Source: Nostocoides sp. (lineage in GTDB: Bacteria > Actinomycetota > Actinomycetes > Actinomycetales > Dermatophilaceae). From it: a DNA stretch of 64,000 bases. The notes below the pieces were generated by a model. That model saw only the letters and a program-made list of their open reading frames with translations. It had not been told where the DNA came from and made no database searches. Shown here piece after piece: positions 9,157 through 18,114 of the stretch. The stretch lies in assembly GCA_047974805.1 (NCBI GenBank), contig JBKECS010000066.1:27133-91132 (forward strand). The letters are read 5' to 3'. The position numbers were made by a program, and so were the translations under genes. The number at the start of each line of letters is the position of its first letter. The stretch's first letter is position 1.

Positions 9157-10413
9157 ATGCCCAAGACCATCTTCCCCCTCGATTCGACGAAGAAGTTCGT
9201 CGACAACTCCATCGTCGGACACAACCGTTGGCACCCGGAGATCCCCGCAGCCGTCACCGTCAAGCCCGGCGACGCGTTTCGGGTGGACTGTCGTGAATGG
9301 TTCGACGGCGCCATCCACAACGACGACTCCGCCGACGATATCCGCGACGCGCCACTGAACTCGGTACACGTCCTCTCCGGGCCCATCGCCGTCGAGGGCG
9401 CCAAGCCTGGCGACCTGCTGGTCGTCGACATCTTGGACGTCGGGCCGATCCCCCAAGAGGACTCCGGTCCGCTCGCCGGCCAGGGCTGGGGCTACACAGG
9501 GATTTTCGCCAAGAAGAACGGCGGGGGCTTCTTGACGGATCAGTTCCCCGACGCCTACAAGGTCATCTGGGACTTCCAGGGTGGCATGGCCACCTCGCGG
9601 CACGTCCCAGGCGTGTCCTTCGCGGGTATCGTGCACCCCGGCCTGATGGGCACTGCCCCCTCTGCCTCGCTGCTGGCGACCTGGAACGCCCGAGAGGGTG
9701 CCCTCATCGCCACCGACCCCCATCGCGTGCCCCCGCTGGCGCTGCCACCGCAGCCGGACTCCGTGGTTCTCGGCGCACTCCCGGCCGCGGACATCGAGCG
9801 CGTCGCCAACGAAGCCGCCCGGACCGCACCCCCTCGGGAGAACGGCGGCAATCAGGACATCAAGAACTTCACCAAGGGTTCGCGGGTGTTCTATCCGGTC
9901 TTCGTCGATGGCGCCAACCTCTCCATGGGTGATCTGCACTTCTCCCAGGGTGACGGTGAAATCACCTTCTGCGGGGCAATCGAGATGGGTGGGTTCATCG
10001 ACCTACGCGTCGATGTCATCCCCGGCGGGATGGACACCTATGGAGTCTCCGAGAACGCCATCTTCATGCCGGGTCGTCATGGGCCGGTGTACAGCGAATG
10101 GCTCGCCTTCTCGGGCACCTCGGTCACCCTCGACGGCGAACAGCGCTACCTGGACTCCCACCTGTCCTATCAGCGCGCCTGCCTGCACGCCATCGACTAC
10201 CTGACCACCTTCGGTTGGACCCCGGAGCAGGCATACATGATCCTCGGCGCTGCGCCGATCGAGGGCCGGCTGTCTGGGGTCGTGGACATCCCCAACTCCT
10301 GTTCGACCGTGTACCTCCCCACGGAGATCTTCGACATTGATGTCCGGCCGTCCAAGGCCGGCCCGGCGAAGATCGATCCCGGCCAGGGCGTCCCCCGTTC
10401 ACCCTTGCCGTAA
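9157..10413 (+). CDS. fmdA: Formamidase (acetamidase/formamidase family)
   Basis: 418 aa. The N-terminal region (HNRWHPEIP, VKPGDAFRVDC, LSGPIAVEGAKPGDLLVVDILDVG) closely resembles my recollection of Methylophilus FmdA. Formate dehydrogenase genes follow. Confidence 0.85.
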   Translation: MPKTIFPLDSTKKFVDNSIVGHNRWHPEIPAAVTVKPGDAFRVDCREWFDGAIHNDDSADDIRDAPLNSVHVLSGPIAVEGAKPGDLLVVDILDVGPIPQEDSGPLAGQGWGYTGIFAKKNGGGFLTDQFPDAYKVIWDFQGGMATSRHVPGVSFAGIVHPGLMGTAPSASLLATWNAREGALIATDPHRVPPLALPPQPDSVVLGALPAADIERVANEAARTAPPRENGGNQDIKNFTKGSRVFYPVFVDGANLSMGDLHFSQGDGEITFCGAIEMGGFIDLRVDVIPGGMDTYGVSENAIFMPGRHGPVYSEWLAFSGTSVTLDGEQRYLDSHLSYQRACLHAIDYLTTFGWTPEQAYMILGAAPIEGRLSGVVDIPNSCSTVYLPTEIFDIDVRPSKAGPAKIDPGQGVPRSPLP

Positions 10414-10424
10414 CCCACACCGAC

Positions 10425-10464
10425 CCGGTGCTCCCGGCTCGCCATAGCCAACCGGGAGCACCGG
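10425..10464 (+). terminator. Strong stem-loop between fmdA and fdsG (terminator or attenuator)
   Basis: Perfect 13-bp inverted repeat CCGGTGCTCCCGG (10425-10437) / CCGGGAGCACCGG (10452-10464) with a 14-nt loop, starting 12 nt after the fmdA stop. No T-tract follows. Confidence 0.45.
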
Positions 10465-10610
10465 CGGCTGCCGACCCGGGCAAGCGGCCCATCCCACCGG
10501 TTGCGGGCATGCCTACCGTTGTCAGTTCCTGGGAGAGCGTGTCGCCGCGACGCGTTCGAGCCTCTAGCGTAGGCAAACACGTGGTACCGACGATCAGGGA
10601 CGGAGAAGTC

Positions 10611-11063
10611 GTGGATCGACGCGATGGTGTACGCGCCCTAGCCCAGCGACACACCCAGGGACGCGGCCCGTTGCTGCCGATCCTGCACGAGGTGATGGAT
10701 GTCTACGGCTGGATCGCGCAGGACGACATCACCGTCATCGCTGACGTGCTCAACCTTTCCCGCGCCGAGGTCGTCGGCGTGGTCAGCTTCTACGACGACT
10801 TCGCGACCAGCCCGCCCACACAACACGTGGTGCGGATTTGCCGCGGTGAGGCGTGCCAAGCGGTCGGCGCGGAACACCTCGCAACGCAGACATCCGCCGA
10901 GTATGCCGACAACCCGCAGGTCACCGTGGAGGAGGCGTTCTGCTTTGGCAACTGCGCGCTCGGCCCGAGCGCGCAGGTCGACGGACGGCTGATCGGACGA
11001 GCCGTGGCGGCAGCCGTCCGTTCGTCGATCGAGACCAGCCAGGCACGGCAGGAAGCACGATGA
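10611..11063 (+). CDS. fdsG: NAD-dependent formate dehydrogenase gamma subunit (NuoE-like 2Fe-2S)
   Basis: SFYDDF...VRICRGEACQAVGAE...FCFGNCALGPS (four Cys, thioredoxin-like ferredoxin). Start ambiguous: GTG at 10611 is preceded by GGAG; alternatives are 10581 and 10509. Confidence 0.8.
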   Translation: MDRRDGVRALAQRHTQGRGPLLPILHEVMDVYGWIAQDDITVIADVLNLSRAEVVGVVSFYDDFATSPPTQHVVRICRGEACQAVGAEHLATQTSAEYADNPQVTVEEAFCFGNCALGPSAQVDGRLIGRAVAAAVRSSIETSQARQEAR

Positions 11064-12631
11064 TCCAGCGCATCTTCGTGCCTGCCGATAGTGCCGCCGT
11101 TGCCGTCGGCGCCGACGAGGTGGCCGCCGCCTTCGCCGCGAACCCACAAGCCGCCGACGCGGAGATCGTCCGCACCGGTTCACGCGGCATGCTCTGGCTC
11201 GAACCGCTCGTCGAGGTCGAAACCACCGCGGGCCGGGTTGGGTATGCCAACGCCACGGTCACCGATGTCACCAGCATCCTCGATGGCAGCGCCGAATCCA
11301 TCGGGGTCGTCACAGATCACCCCTATCTGGCCGGCCAGGACCGGGTTTCCTTCGCCCGGGTCGGGGTCATCTCCCCCACCGACGTGGCCGCCTACCAGGC
11401 CCACGGCGGCTACGCCGGGCTCCGCCGCGCGCTCACCCTCACCCCGAGCGAGGTCATCGCCGAGGTCACGGCGTCCGGGCTGCGCGGCCGCGGTGGCGCC
11501 GGCTTTCCTGCCGGGATCAAATGGACGACGGTCGCTGACGCCGAGGCATCCCCCAAGTTCGTCGCCTGCAACGCCGATGAGGGCGACTCCGGAACCTTTG
11601 CCGACCGGATCCTCATTGAGGGCGACCCCTTCACGCTCATCGAAGGCATGACCATCGCCGGTTATGCGACCGGAGCCCGCGAAGGGTTCGTCTACGTTCG
11701 CTCGGAATATCCCGCTGCTGCCCAGACGCTCCAGGCCGCGATCGACCTCGCGTATGCCGAACACCTGCTGGGCCCGGACATCCTCGGCTCAGGCCTCGCC
11801 TTCGACCTGGCGGTCCGGATCGGTGCCGGGGCTTACATCTGTGGTGAGGAAACCTCCATGTTGGAGAGCCTCGAGGGCCGTCGGGGGGAGGTCCGCGCGA
11901 AGCCGCCCATCCCCGCCTTGTCCGGCCTCTGGGAACGGCCGACCCTGGTCAACAATGTGCTCACCTTTGGCGCGGTGCCGATGATCCTCGCAGACGGTTC
12001 CCAGGCCTATGGCCACCTGGGAGTTGGCCGCTCCCGCGGCACCCAGGTCTTCCAGCTCGGCGGGAATGTCGCCCGTGGCGGCATTGTCGAGGCCTCCTTC
12101 GGGATCAGCCTGGGTGAGCTCATCAATCGGTTCGGCGGCGGCACCGCCACCGGCCGTCCCGTCAAAGCCGTTCAGGTCGGTGGCCCACTCGGGGCATACC
12201 TCACCCCTGACCAGTTCGATCTGCCGATGGACTATGAGGCATTCGCTGAGGCCGGAGCCATGATCGGCCACGGCGGCATCGTGCTCTGGGACGACGCGTT
12301 TGATGCCGCCGCCCTGGCTCGCTTCGCCATGGAGTTCTGCGCCAAGGAATCCTGCGGCAAGTGCACCCCGTGCCGGGTCGGCAGCGTCCGCGGAGTCGAG
12401 ATCATCGACCGGATCCGAGCCAGTGATGACGATAACGAGCGGACCGCGGGATTGACGGTGCTGAGCACCCTGTGCGACACCATGACCAAGGGGTCCCTGT
12501 GCGCCATGGGCGGGATGACGCCGGTGCCGGTGCGCAGCCTGGTGGCGGCCTTCCCCGAGGAATTCACCCACGCCCACCGAGAGATGCGCGGGCCTGGACG
12601 AGCAGTCAGCCAAACGGAGGACCAGTCATGA
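11060..12631 (+). CDS. fdsB: NAD-dependent formate dehydrogenase beta subunit (NuoF-like, FMN/NAD/4Fe-4S)
   Basis: GLRGRGGAGFPAGIKW, CNADEGDSGTFADR and ESCGKCTPCRVG. The ATG overlaps the fdsG stop (ATGA at 11060-11063). Confidence 0.9.
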   Translation: MIQRIFVPADSAAVAVGADEVAAAFAANPQAADAEIVRTGSRGMLWLEPLVEVETTAGRVGYANATVTDVTSILDGSAESIGVVTDHPYLAGQDRVSFARVGVISPTDVAAYQAHGGYAGLRRALTLTPSEVIAEVTASGLRGRGGAGFPAGIKWTTVADAEASPKFVACNADEGDSGTFADRILIEGDPFTLIEGMTIAGYATGAREGFVYVRSEYPAAAQTLQAAIDLAYAEHLLGPDILGSGLAFDLAVRIGAGAYICGEETSMLESLEGRRGEVRAKPPIPALSGLWERPTLVNNVLTFGAVPMILADGSQAYGHLGVGRSRGTQVFQLGGNVARGGIVEASFGISLGELINRFGGGTATGRPVKAVQVGGPLGAYLTPDQFDLPMDYEAFAEAGAMIGHGGIVLWDDAFDAAALARFAMEFCAKESCGKCTPCRVGSVRGVEIIDRIRASDDDNERTAGLTVLSTLCDTMTKGSLCAMGGMTPVPVRSLVAAFPEEFTHAHREMRGPGRAVSQTEDQS

Positions 12632-15447
12632 TCAGCGGCCAACCGGGCCTGGACGAGCCCGATCTCGGCACCCCGGAAGTCACCGCCATCGATTCGGCAT
12701 CCGAGGTGAGCGTGACCATCGATGGTCGCGCCATCGGCGTACCTGCCGGCACCTCGGTGATGCGCGCGGCCGCTCAGGCCGGGGTCACCATCCCCAAGCT
12801 GTGCGCCACCGATTCACTCGCCGCCTACGGTTCGTGCCGCCTGTGCCTGGTCGAGGTCGAGAACGCGAAGGGCACCCCGGCCTCCTGCACGACGCCGTGT
12901 ACCGACCAGATGGTCGTTCATACAGACACCGACCAACTCACCCGCCTGCGCCGGGACGTCATGGAGCTCTACCTCTCGGATCACCCAGCCGACTGCCCGG
13001 GCTGCCTCCGTGGCACCTGCGAGGTCGCGGCGTGGGCTCAGGCGACCGGGGCGACCGGAGAGGTGTACGGCCGGGACGGAGCCGGCCACCTGTCCCAGGT
13101 CATGGACGGCTCCAACCCATATTTCGACTACAACCCCTCCGCGTGCATCGTCTGCTCCCGCTGTGTACGGGCTTGCGACGAAGTTCAGGGCACCTTGGCT
13201 CTCAACGTCGCGGGACGCGGCTTCGACGCCAGGATCACCCCCGGGGGCAGCGACTTCCTTAACAGCGAGTGCGTCTCGTGCGGGGCCTGCGTCCAAGCGT
13301 GCCCGACCGAGGCCTTGATGGAGAAGTCCGCGGTCACCCTGGGAGCGCCGAGCCGGGTCGTGGAGACGACGTGCGCCTACTGTGGGGTCGGCTGCACCTT
13401 CCGCGCACAGGTTCGCGGCGAGGGTGAGGCAACCCAGGTCGTTCGGATGGTGCCGGCCAAGTCGGGCGGGGCCAACGAAGGACACAGCTGTGTCAAGGGG
13501 CGGTTCGCGTACGGCTATGCCCAGCACGCGGATCGGCAGCTGCACCCCATGGTGCGCGAGCGCATCGACGATCCATGGCGATCGGTCAGCTGGGAGGAGG
13601 CCATCGCAACGGTCGCCGAGCGGTTCGGCGCCCTGCAGGCGGCATACGGAACCGGAGCGATCGGGGCGATCAGTTCATCCCGGTGCACCAATGAAGAGGT
13701 GTACGTCGTCCAGAAGATGGTCCGGGCGGCGTTCGGAAACAACAACGTCGACACCTGCGCGCGGGTGTGTCACTCTCCCACCGGCTACGGGTTGAAGACG
13801 ACGTTCGGCACCTCCGCGGGCACCCAAGACTTTGCGTCGATCGATCAGGCCGACGTCATCCTGCTCATCGGGGCCAACCCCACCGATGCGCATCCGGTCG
13901 TCGGCTCCCGGATGAAGCGACGGGTCCGCGCCGGGGCCAAGATCATCGTCGCCGACCCACGCCGGATCGAGCTGGTCCGCAGCCCCCATGTCGAAGCGGC
14001 CTATCACCTCCCGGTCCGTCCGGGGACCAACGTCGCCTTCATCAACGCCATGGCGCACGTCATCGTCACCGAGGGTTTGCAGAACCAGGACTTCCTGGAC
14101 GCCCGCTGCGAGGGCGTGCAGGAGTACCTGACCTTCATCGCCGATCAGCAGCACGCGCCGGAGATGCTCGAGGCGGAGACCGGCATACCGGCGGCGGGTC
14201 TGCGGGCCGCCGCCCGGCTGTATGCCGCCGGGCCGAACTCGGCCATCTATTACGGTCTCGGGGTCACCGAGCACAGCCAGGGCTCCACCATGGTCATGGG
14301 GTTGGCCAATCTCGCCATGCTCACCGGCAACTTGGGGCGTGCCGGTGTCGGGGTCAACCCGCTGCGGGGGCAAAACAATGTCCAGGGCAGCTGTGACATG
14401 GGCTCCTTCCCGCACGAGTTCCCCGGCTACCGCCATGTGGCCACCGATGATGTGCGCGAGCTGTACGAATCGCTGTGGGGGGTGACGATCCCGCCGACCC
14501 CCGGTTTGCGTATCCCCAATATGTTCGACGAGGCGCTCGGCGGTAGCTTCCGTGGGTTGTTCGTCCAAGGCGAGGACATCGCCCAGTCCGATCCGAACAC
14601 CACACACGTCCAGGCCGCGCTGCGAGCCATGGACTGTATCGTCGTCCAGGACCTTTTCCTCAACGAGACCGCCCGGTTTGCCCACGTGTTCCTGCCCGGC
14701 TCCTCCTTCCTGGAGAAGGACGGCACCTTCACCAACGCCGAACGGCGGATCAACCGGGTGCGTCCGATCATGCCCAGCATTGCCGGCAAGGACGAATGGC
14801 AGGTCATCTGCGACATTGCCACCGCGATGGGCTACCCGATGAGGTATGCCGACCCGGCCCAGATCATGGACGAGATCGCCGCGACCACCCCCACCTTCGC
14901 CGGGGTGAGCTTCACGCGACTGGACACCGAGGGGTCCATGCAGTGGCCGGTCACGGCAGCGATGCCACACGGAACCCCGACCATGCATGTCGACGGGTTC
15001 GTTCGGGGCAAGGGCCTGCTCGTCGAGACCGTCTATGTGCCGACCACCGAACGCACCACCCGGCGCTTCCCGCTCGTGCTGACCACCGGGCGGATTCTCA
15101 CCCAGTACAACGTGGGCGCGCAGACCCGCCGGACCGGCAACTCCACGTGGCACCCGACCGATGTGTTGGAGATCCACCCCGCCGACGCTCAGCTGCGCGG
15201 CATTCGGACCGGGGACATCGTGGAACTGGCCAGCCGCATCGGCAAGACGACACTGCCGGCGATGGTGTCTGACCGTATGCCGCCGGGGGTGGTCTACACG
15301 ACGTTCCACCACCCGGTCACCGGGGCAAACGTCGTCACCACCGACAACAGCGACTGGGCAACCAACTGCCCGGAGTACAAGGTCACCGCGGTCGACGTCA
15401 CCGTTGTCACGGCCTCGTCGGGCCAATCGGTCGGAGATCCCCGGTGA
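12628..15447 (+). CDS. fdsA: Formate dehydrogenase alpha subunit (Fe-S clusters plus molybdopterin domain, Cys type)
   Basis: Cluster motifs CRLCLVEVE, CIVCSRCVRACDEVQG, CVSCGACVQACPTEAL and CAYCGVGC, followed by a molybdopterin oxidoreductase domain. The active-site region reads CARVCHSP and there is no in-frame TGA. The ATG overlaps the fdsB stop. Confidence 0.92.
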   Translation: MISGQPGLDEPDLGTPEVTAIDSASEVSVTIDGRAIGVPAGTSVMRAAAQAGVTIPKLCATDSLAAYGSCRLCLVEVENAKGTPASCTTPCTDQMVVHTDTDQLTRLRRDVMELYLSDHPADCPGCLRGTCEVAAWAQATGATGEVYGRDGAGHLSQVMDGSNPYFDYNPSACIVCSRCVRACDEVQGTLALNVAGRGFDARITPGGSDFLNSECVSCGACVQACPTEALMEKSAVTLGAPSRVVETTCAYCGVGCTFRAQVRGEGEATQVVRMVPAKSGGANEGHSCVKGRFAYGYAQHADRQLHPMVRERIDDPWRSVSWEEAIATVAERFGALQAAYGTGAIGAISSSRCTNEEVYVVQKMVRAAFGNNNVDTCARVCHSPTGYGLKTTFGTSAGTQDFASIDQADVILLIGANPTDAHPVVGSRMKRRVRAGAKIIVADPRRIELVRSPHVEAAYHLPVRPGTNVAFINAMAHVIVTEGLQNQDFLDARCEGVQEYLTFIADQQHAPEMLEAETGIPAAGLRAAARLYAAGPNSAIYYGLGVTEHSQGSTMVMGLANLAMLTGNLGRAGVGVNPLRGQNNVQGSCDMGSFPHEFPGYRHVATDDVRELYESLWGVTIPPTPGLRIPNMFDEALGGSFRGLFVQGEDIAQSDPNTTHVQAALRAMDCIVVQDLFLNETARFAHVFLPGSSFLEKDGTFTNAERRINRVRPIMPSIAGKDEWQVICDIATAMGYPMRYADPAQIMDEIAATTPTFAGVSFTRLDTEGSMQWPVTAAMPHGTPTMHVDGFVRGKGLLVETVYVPTTERTTRRFPLVLTTGRILTQYNVGAQTRRTGNSTWHPTDVLEIHPADAQLRGIRTGDIVELASRIGKTTLPAMVSDRMPPGVVYTTFHHPVTGANVVTTDNSDWATNCPEYKVTAVDVTVVTASSGQSVGDPR

Positions 15448-15650
15448 AGCCCGCCGTGGTGCGGCTCGGCAATGACATCGCCCGGCAGTTCGCCACCCGC
15501 TGCGCCGAGGAGGCGGCACAGCAGATCGCCGAGCACATCCGCAGCTTTTGGGAGCCAGGGATGATCGCGCAGCTTCGGGCCGTGGCGGCCTCGCCCCAGG
15601 CGGAGGAGCTCGACCCGTTGGTGCGGCAGGCGATCGCTCATCTGACGTGA
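15444..15650 (+). CDS. fdsD: Formate dehydrogenase delta subunit
   Basis: 68 aa. VVRLGNDIARQF...IAEHIRSFWEPGM is FdsD-like. The GTG overlaps the fdsA stop (GTGA). Confidence 0.8.
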   Translation: MKPAVVRLGNDIARQFATRCAEEAAQQIAEHIRSFWEPGMIAQLRAVAASPQAEELDPLVRQAIAHLT

Positions 15651-16486
15651 TGGCGCGGCAGGCACCGTGGCGCGTGCCGCCGCTGCACGCGGTAGTGTCG
15701 AGTGTGCCCGAGGTCGCCCCCCACGTTGTCGCATTGCTGCTGCTCGCAGCGTTCTCGGCGGGGTGGGTGGATGCTGTGGTAGGCGGCGGTGGGCTCATCC
15801 AGCTTCCGGCCCTGCTCATCGCCTTCCCCCAGGCCGCCCCGGTGCATCTGCTAGCCACGAACAAGCTCTCGTCGGTCATGGGCACCACCACGAGCGCGAC
15901 TACCTTCGTGCGCCGAGTCCGATTGGATTGGCGGACAGCACTTCCCCTGGCCCTGGCCGCCTTCGCCGGCTCCTTGATCGGCGCCGTCATCGCCTCGCAT
16001 ATTCCCCGTTCCGCTTTTAACCCGGTCATCCTGCTCGCCCTCGTCCTCGTCGCCACCACCGTCTTGGCCCGGCCCCGAATGGGCGCCGAGACGTTGCTGC
16101 GGCATACGGGGGCACGGCACTACGGCCTGGCAACGCTCGCAGGGTTCGGCATCGGGATCTATGACGGTGCGCTCGGCCCAGGGACCGGCAGTTTCTTCGT
16201 GTTCGCGTTGGTCGGCCTGCTGGGTTACGGCTTCCTTGAGGCCAGTGCTAAGGCGAAGCTGGCCAACGTGGCCACCAACGTCGGGTCGTTGCTCATCTTC
16301 ATCCCCCAGGGGGTGGCCTGGTGGCGGCTTGGTGCGGCCATGGGGTTGGCCAACGTCCTCGGCGGATATTTGGGTGCTCGGACGGCGGTCGCCAAAGGGT
16401 CGGGGTTCATTCGGGCGATCTTCCTCGTCGTCGTGACCGCGTTCATCCTGAGGATTGGGTACGACACGTTCGCCCAGCTCGACTAG
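15650..16486 (+). CDS. TSUP (TauE/SafE) family membrane transporter
   Basis: About 8 hydrophobic helices with the internal-repeat motifs GGGGLIQLPALL and GPGTGSFFVFALV. The ATG shares a base with the fdsD stop (TGATG at 15648-15652). Confidence 0.8.
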   Translation: MARQAPWRVPPLHAVVSSVPEVAPHVVALLLLAAFSAGWVDAVVGGGGLIQLPALLIAFPQAAPVHLLATNKLSSVMGTTTSATTFVRRVRLDWRTALPLALAAFAGSLIGAVIASHIPRSAFNPVILLALVLVATTVLARPRMGAETLLRHTGARHYGLATLAGFGIGIYDGALGPGTGSFFVFALVGLLGYGFLEASAKAKLANVATNVGSLLIFIPQGVAWWRLGAAMGLANVLGGYLGARTAVAKGSGFIRAIFLVVVTAFILRIGYDTFAQLD

Positions 16487-16505
16487 GTTGGCTGCTGTGA
16501 CGTGC

Positions 16506-18047
16506 TCAGGACCGGATTCGGTCCCACGTGCGTCTGCCGCCGACGACGGTCGCCTCGACGCGGAGGGTGCGCAGGTGTGCGGCCGCAGCGGCAGTATCGC
16601 CGGAATCAACCAGGGCGTGGGCGGCATATGGGTCGCGGTCCACCAGCGCGAGGTCGGCTCGGGCCCCCGGCCGCACGGTCCCGGCGCCATCCACGGATGC
16701 GGCGAGCGACTCAGCGACAGTCAGGGCCTGCTCCGGGTGCCAAGGTGGGCGGTGATCGTCGCTGCGGTGCACGGCTGCGGCCATGGCGAGCCACGGATCC
16801 AACGGCGCCACGGGTGCGTCCGATCCCAGCGCTAGGGCCACCCCTGCCCTGACCAGCGACCGGAACGGGTAGACCCGGTCGGTTCGCTCCGGCCACCACC
16901 GGTCGGCGACATCCCGGTCATGAAGCAGGTGGGCAGGTTGGATGCTCGCGGTGATCCCCAGGCGGGCCATCCGAGGAAGGTCTGACCGGGCGAAGAGTTG
17001 GGCGTGTTCGATGCTGCCGGTCATTCCTGTGACGTCGAAGGCATCCAAGGCGGTAGCGACCGCCTCGTCCCCGATGGCATGCACGGCAGCGGTCAGCCCG
17101 ATTCCCTCGGCGCGGGCCAAGAGGGATCGCAGGACCTCGATGTCGGCGTTGGCCCGGCCGCGGGGGAACTCCAGCTGCTCGCCGCCGGCATACGGCTGGC
17201 AGCACCATGCGGTGAGCGTGTTCAGAGAGCCGTCGCTGATGACCTTCAGCGGTCCCATGGTGACCAGGTCCTGTCCTGCGACGAGGGGGTCGCCAGTACG
17301 TAGCCCAAGGGCGGCCACCTCGTCCAACTCCCCCGGATAGGTTGCCGCGCGAACCCGCAGCGTGGTGATCCCTCGGGCATATCGTGCCGGCCAATCGCGC
17401 CACGCCCCGGCGAATTCGACATCGACGATCCCTACCACTCCACGCGCGGCAGCGTCGAGTTCCATCGCACGCACAGCGGCGTCCGGTTCCTGCTGCGCGG
17501 TCGCGATGGCCTCGAACCGCTGATAGGCGGCAAACCACTCGGTTTCGGTCAGCGGCCCCACCACGTCATCCATGCCGATGAGGCGCAACGCCGCCGAATT
17601 GGCCCACCCGTTGTGGCCATCCCCGCTGACCAATACGACAGGGCGAGGACCGGTGACGGCATCCAACTCGCTGACCGTGCCCGGCCGCGGCCACATCGCC
17701 GACCGGTAGCCATAGCCGAACACGATGCGGCCGGGCTCGTGCGCTTCGGGGAGCGCATCGGCGACCGCGGCCACCACTCCCGTCGGGTCGGTGGCGCCGG
17801 AGACGTCGATGCGATGACGGGTCTGGGCCCACATCGTGGCGTGGACGTGGGCATCCCACAGGCCAGGGATAAGCCAGCGACCGTCGGCGTCCAACACCTC
17901 CTCGTCGGGTGTTGGCGACGCTGTGGTGGCCACCTGCATGACCCGCCCTGCCTGCACTCGGACATCGCAGACATTGTCCGGGCTCGGGCCGGTCCAGGTC
18001 GGATCGATCGGGACGAGCCGGACCCGGCGAATCAGGAGATCCGACAT
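16506..18047 (-). CDS. Metal-dependent amidohydrolase (YtcJ-like, amidohydrolase_3)
   Basis: LIPGLWDAHVHATMW (HxH), AVHAIGDEAV and GSDAPVAPLDP. 513 aa. Confidence 0.8.
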   Translation of the reverse strand: MSDLLIRRVRLVPIDPTWTGPSPDNVCDVRVQAGRVMQVATTASPTPDEEVLDADGRWLIPGLWDAHVHATMWAQTRHRIDVSGATDPTGVVAAVADALPEAHEPGRIVFGYGYRSAMWPRPGTVSELDAVTGPRPVVLVSGDGHNGWANSAALRLIGMDDVVGPLTETEWFAAYQRFEAIATAQQEPDAAVRAMELDAAARGVVGIVDVEFAGAWRDWPARYARGITTLRVRAATYPGELDEVAALGLRTGDPLVAGQDLVTMGPLKVISDGSLNTLTAWCCQPYAGGEQLEFPRGRANADIEVLRSLLARAEGIGLTAAVHAIGDEAVATALDAFDVTGMTGSIEHAQLFARSDLPRMARLGITASIQPAHLLHDRDVADRWWPERTDRVYPFRSLVRAGVALALGSDAPVAPLDPWLAMAAAVHRSDDHRPPWHPEQALTVAESLAASVDGAGTVRPGARADLALVDRDPYAAHALVDSGDTAAAAAHLRTLRVEATVVGGRRTWDRIRS

Positions 18048-18063
18048 CTCGTTCGACGACCTG

Positions 18064-18114
18064 GGGTCACGAGTTGATCAGGGTCACGAGTTGATCAGGG
18101 TCACAGGTTGATCA
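18064..18114. repeat. Three tandem 17-nt units spanning the lpdA stop codon
   Basis: GGGTCACGAGTTGATCA at 18064-18080 and again at 18081-18097. GGGTCACAGGTTGATCA at 18098-18114 encodes the last lpdA codons (..MINL*). Confidence 0.9.

Noticed and set aside
10414-10610. Possible molybdenum-cofactor riboswitch or other structured leader ahead of fdsG.
   Set aside because: Apart from the simple 13-bp hairpin I could not recognise Moco-riboswitch conserved elements by eye. A covariance-model search would be needed to be certain.
10853-11059. N-terminal extensions offered by the ORF track for fdsB (from 10853), fdsA (from 12472), ileS (to 28769), tig (to 43715), ndk (to 21297), the GH13 gene (from 51215), GDPD (from 53095) and MFS (from 53958).
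   Set aside because: The extensions overlap the preceding genes and translate to Arg/Pro-rich sequence. Internal starts coincide with ATGA/GTGA coupling or the family N-termini.
12628-15447. Possible selenocysteine (in-frame TGA plus SECIS) in the formate dehydrogenase alpha subunit.
   Set aside because: The ORF is uninterrupted and the active-site position reads Cys (CARVCHSP), so this is a Cys-type enzyme.
18064-18114. The tandem 17-nt units (and the 27-nt units at 41441-41494) as a CRISPR array.
   Set aside because: The units are directly adjacent with no spacers, there are only two or three copies, and there are no cas genes. These are simple tandem duplications.
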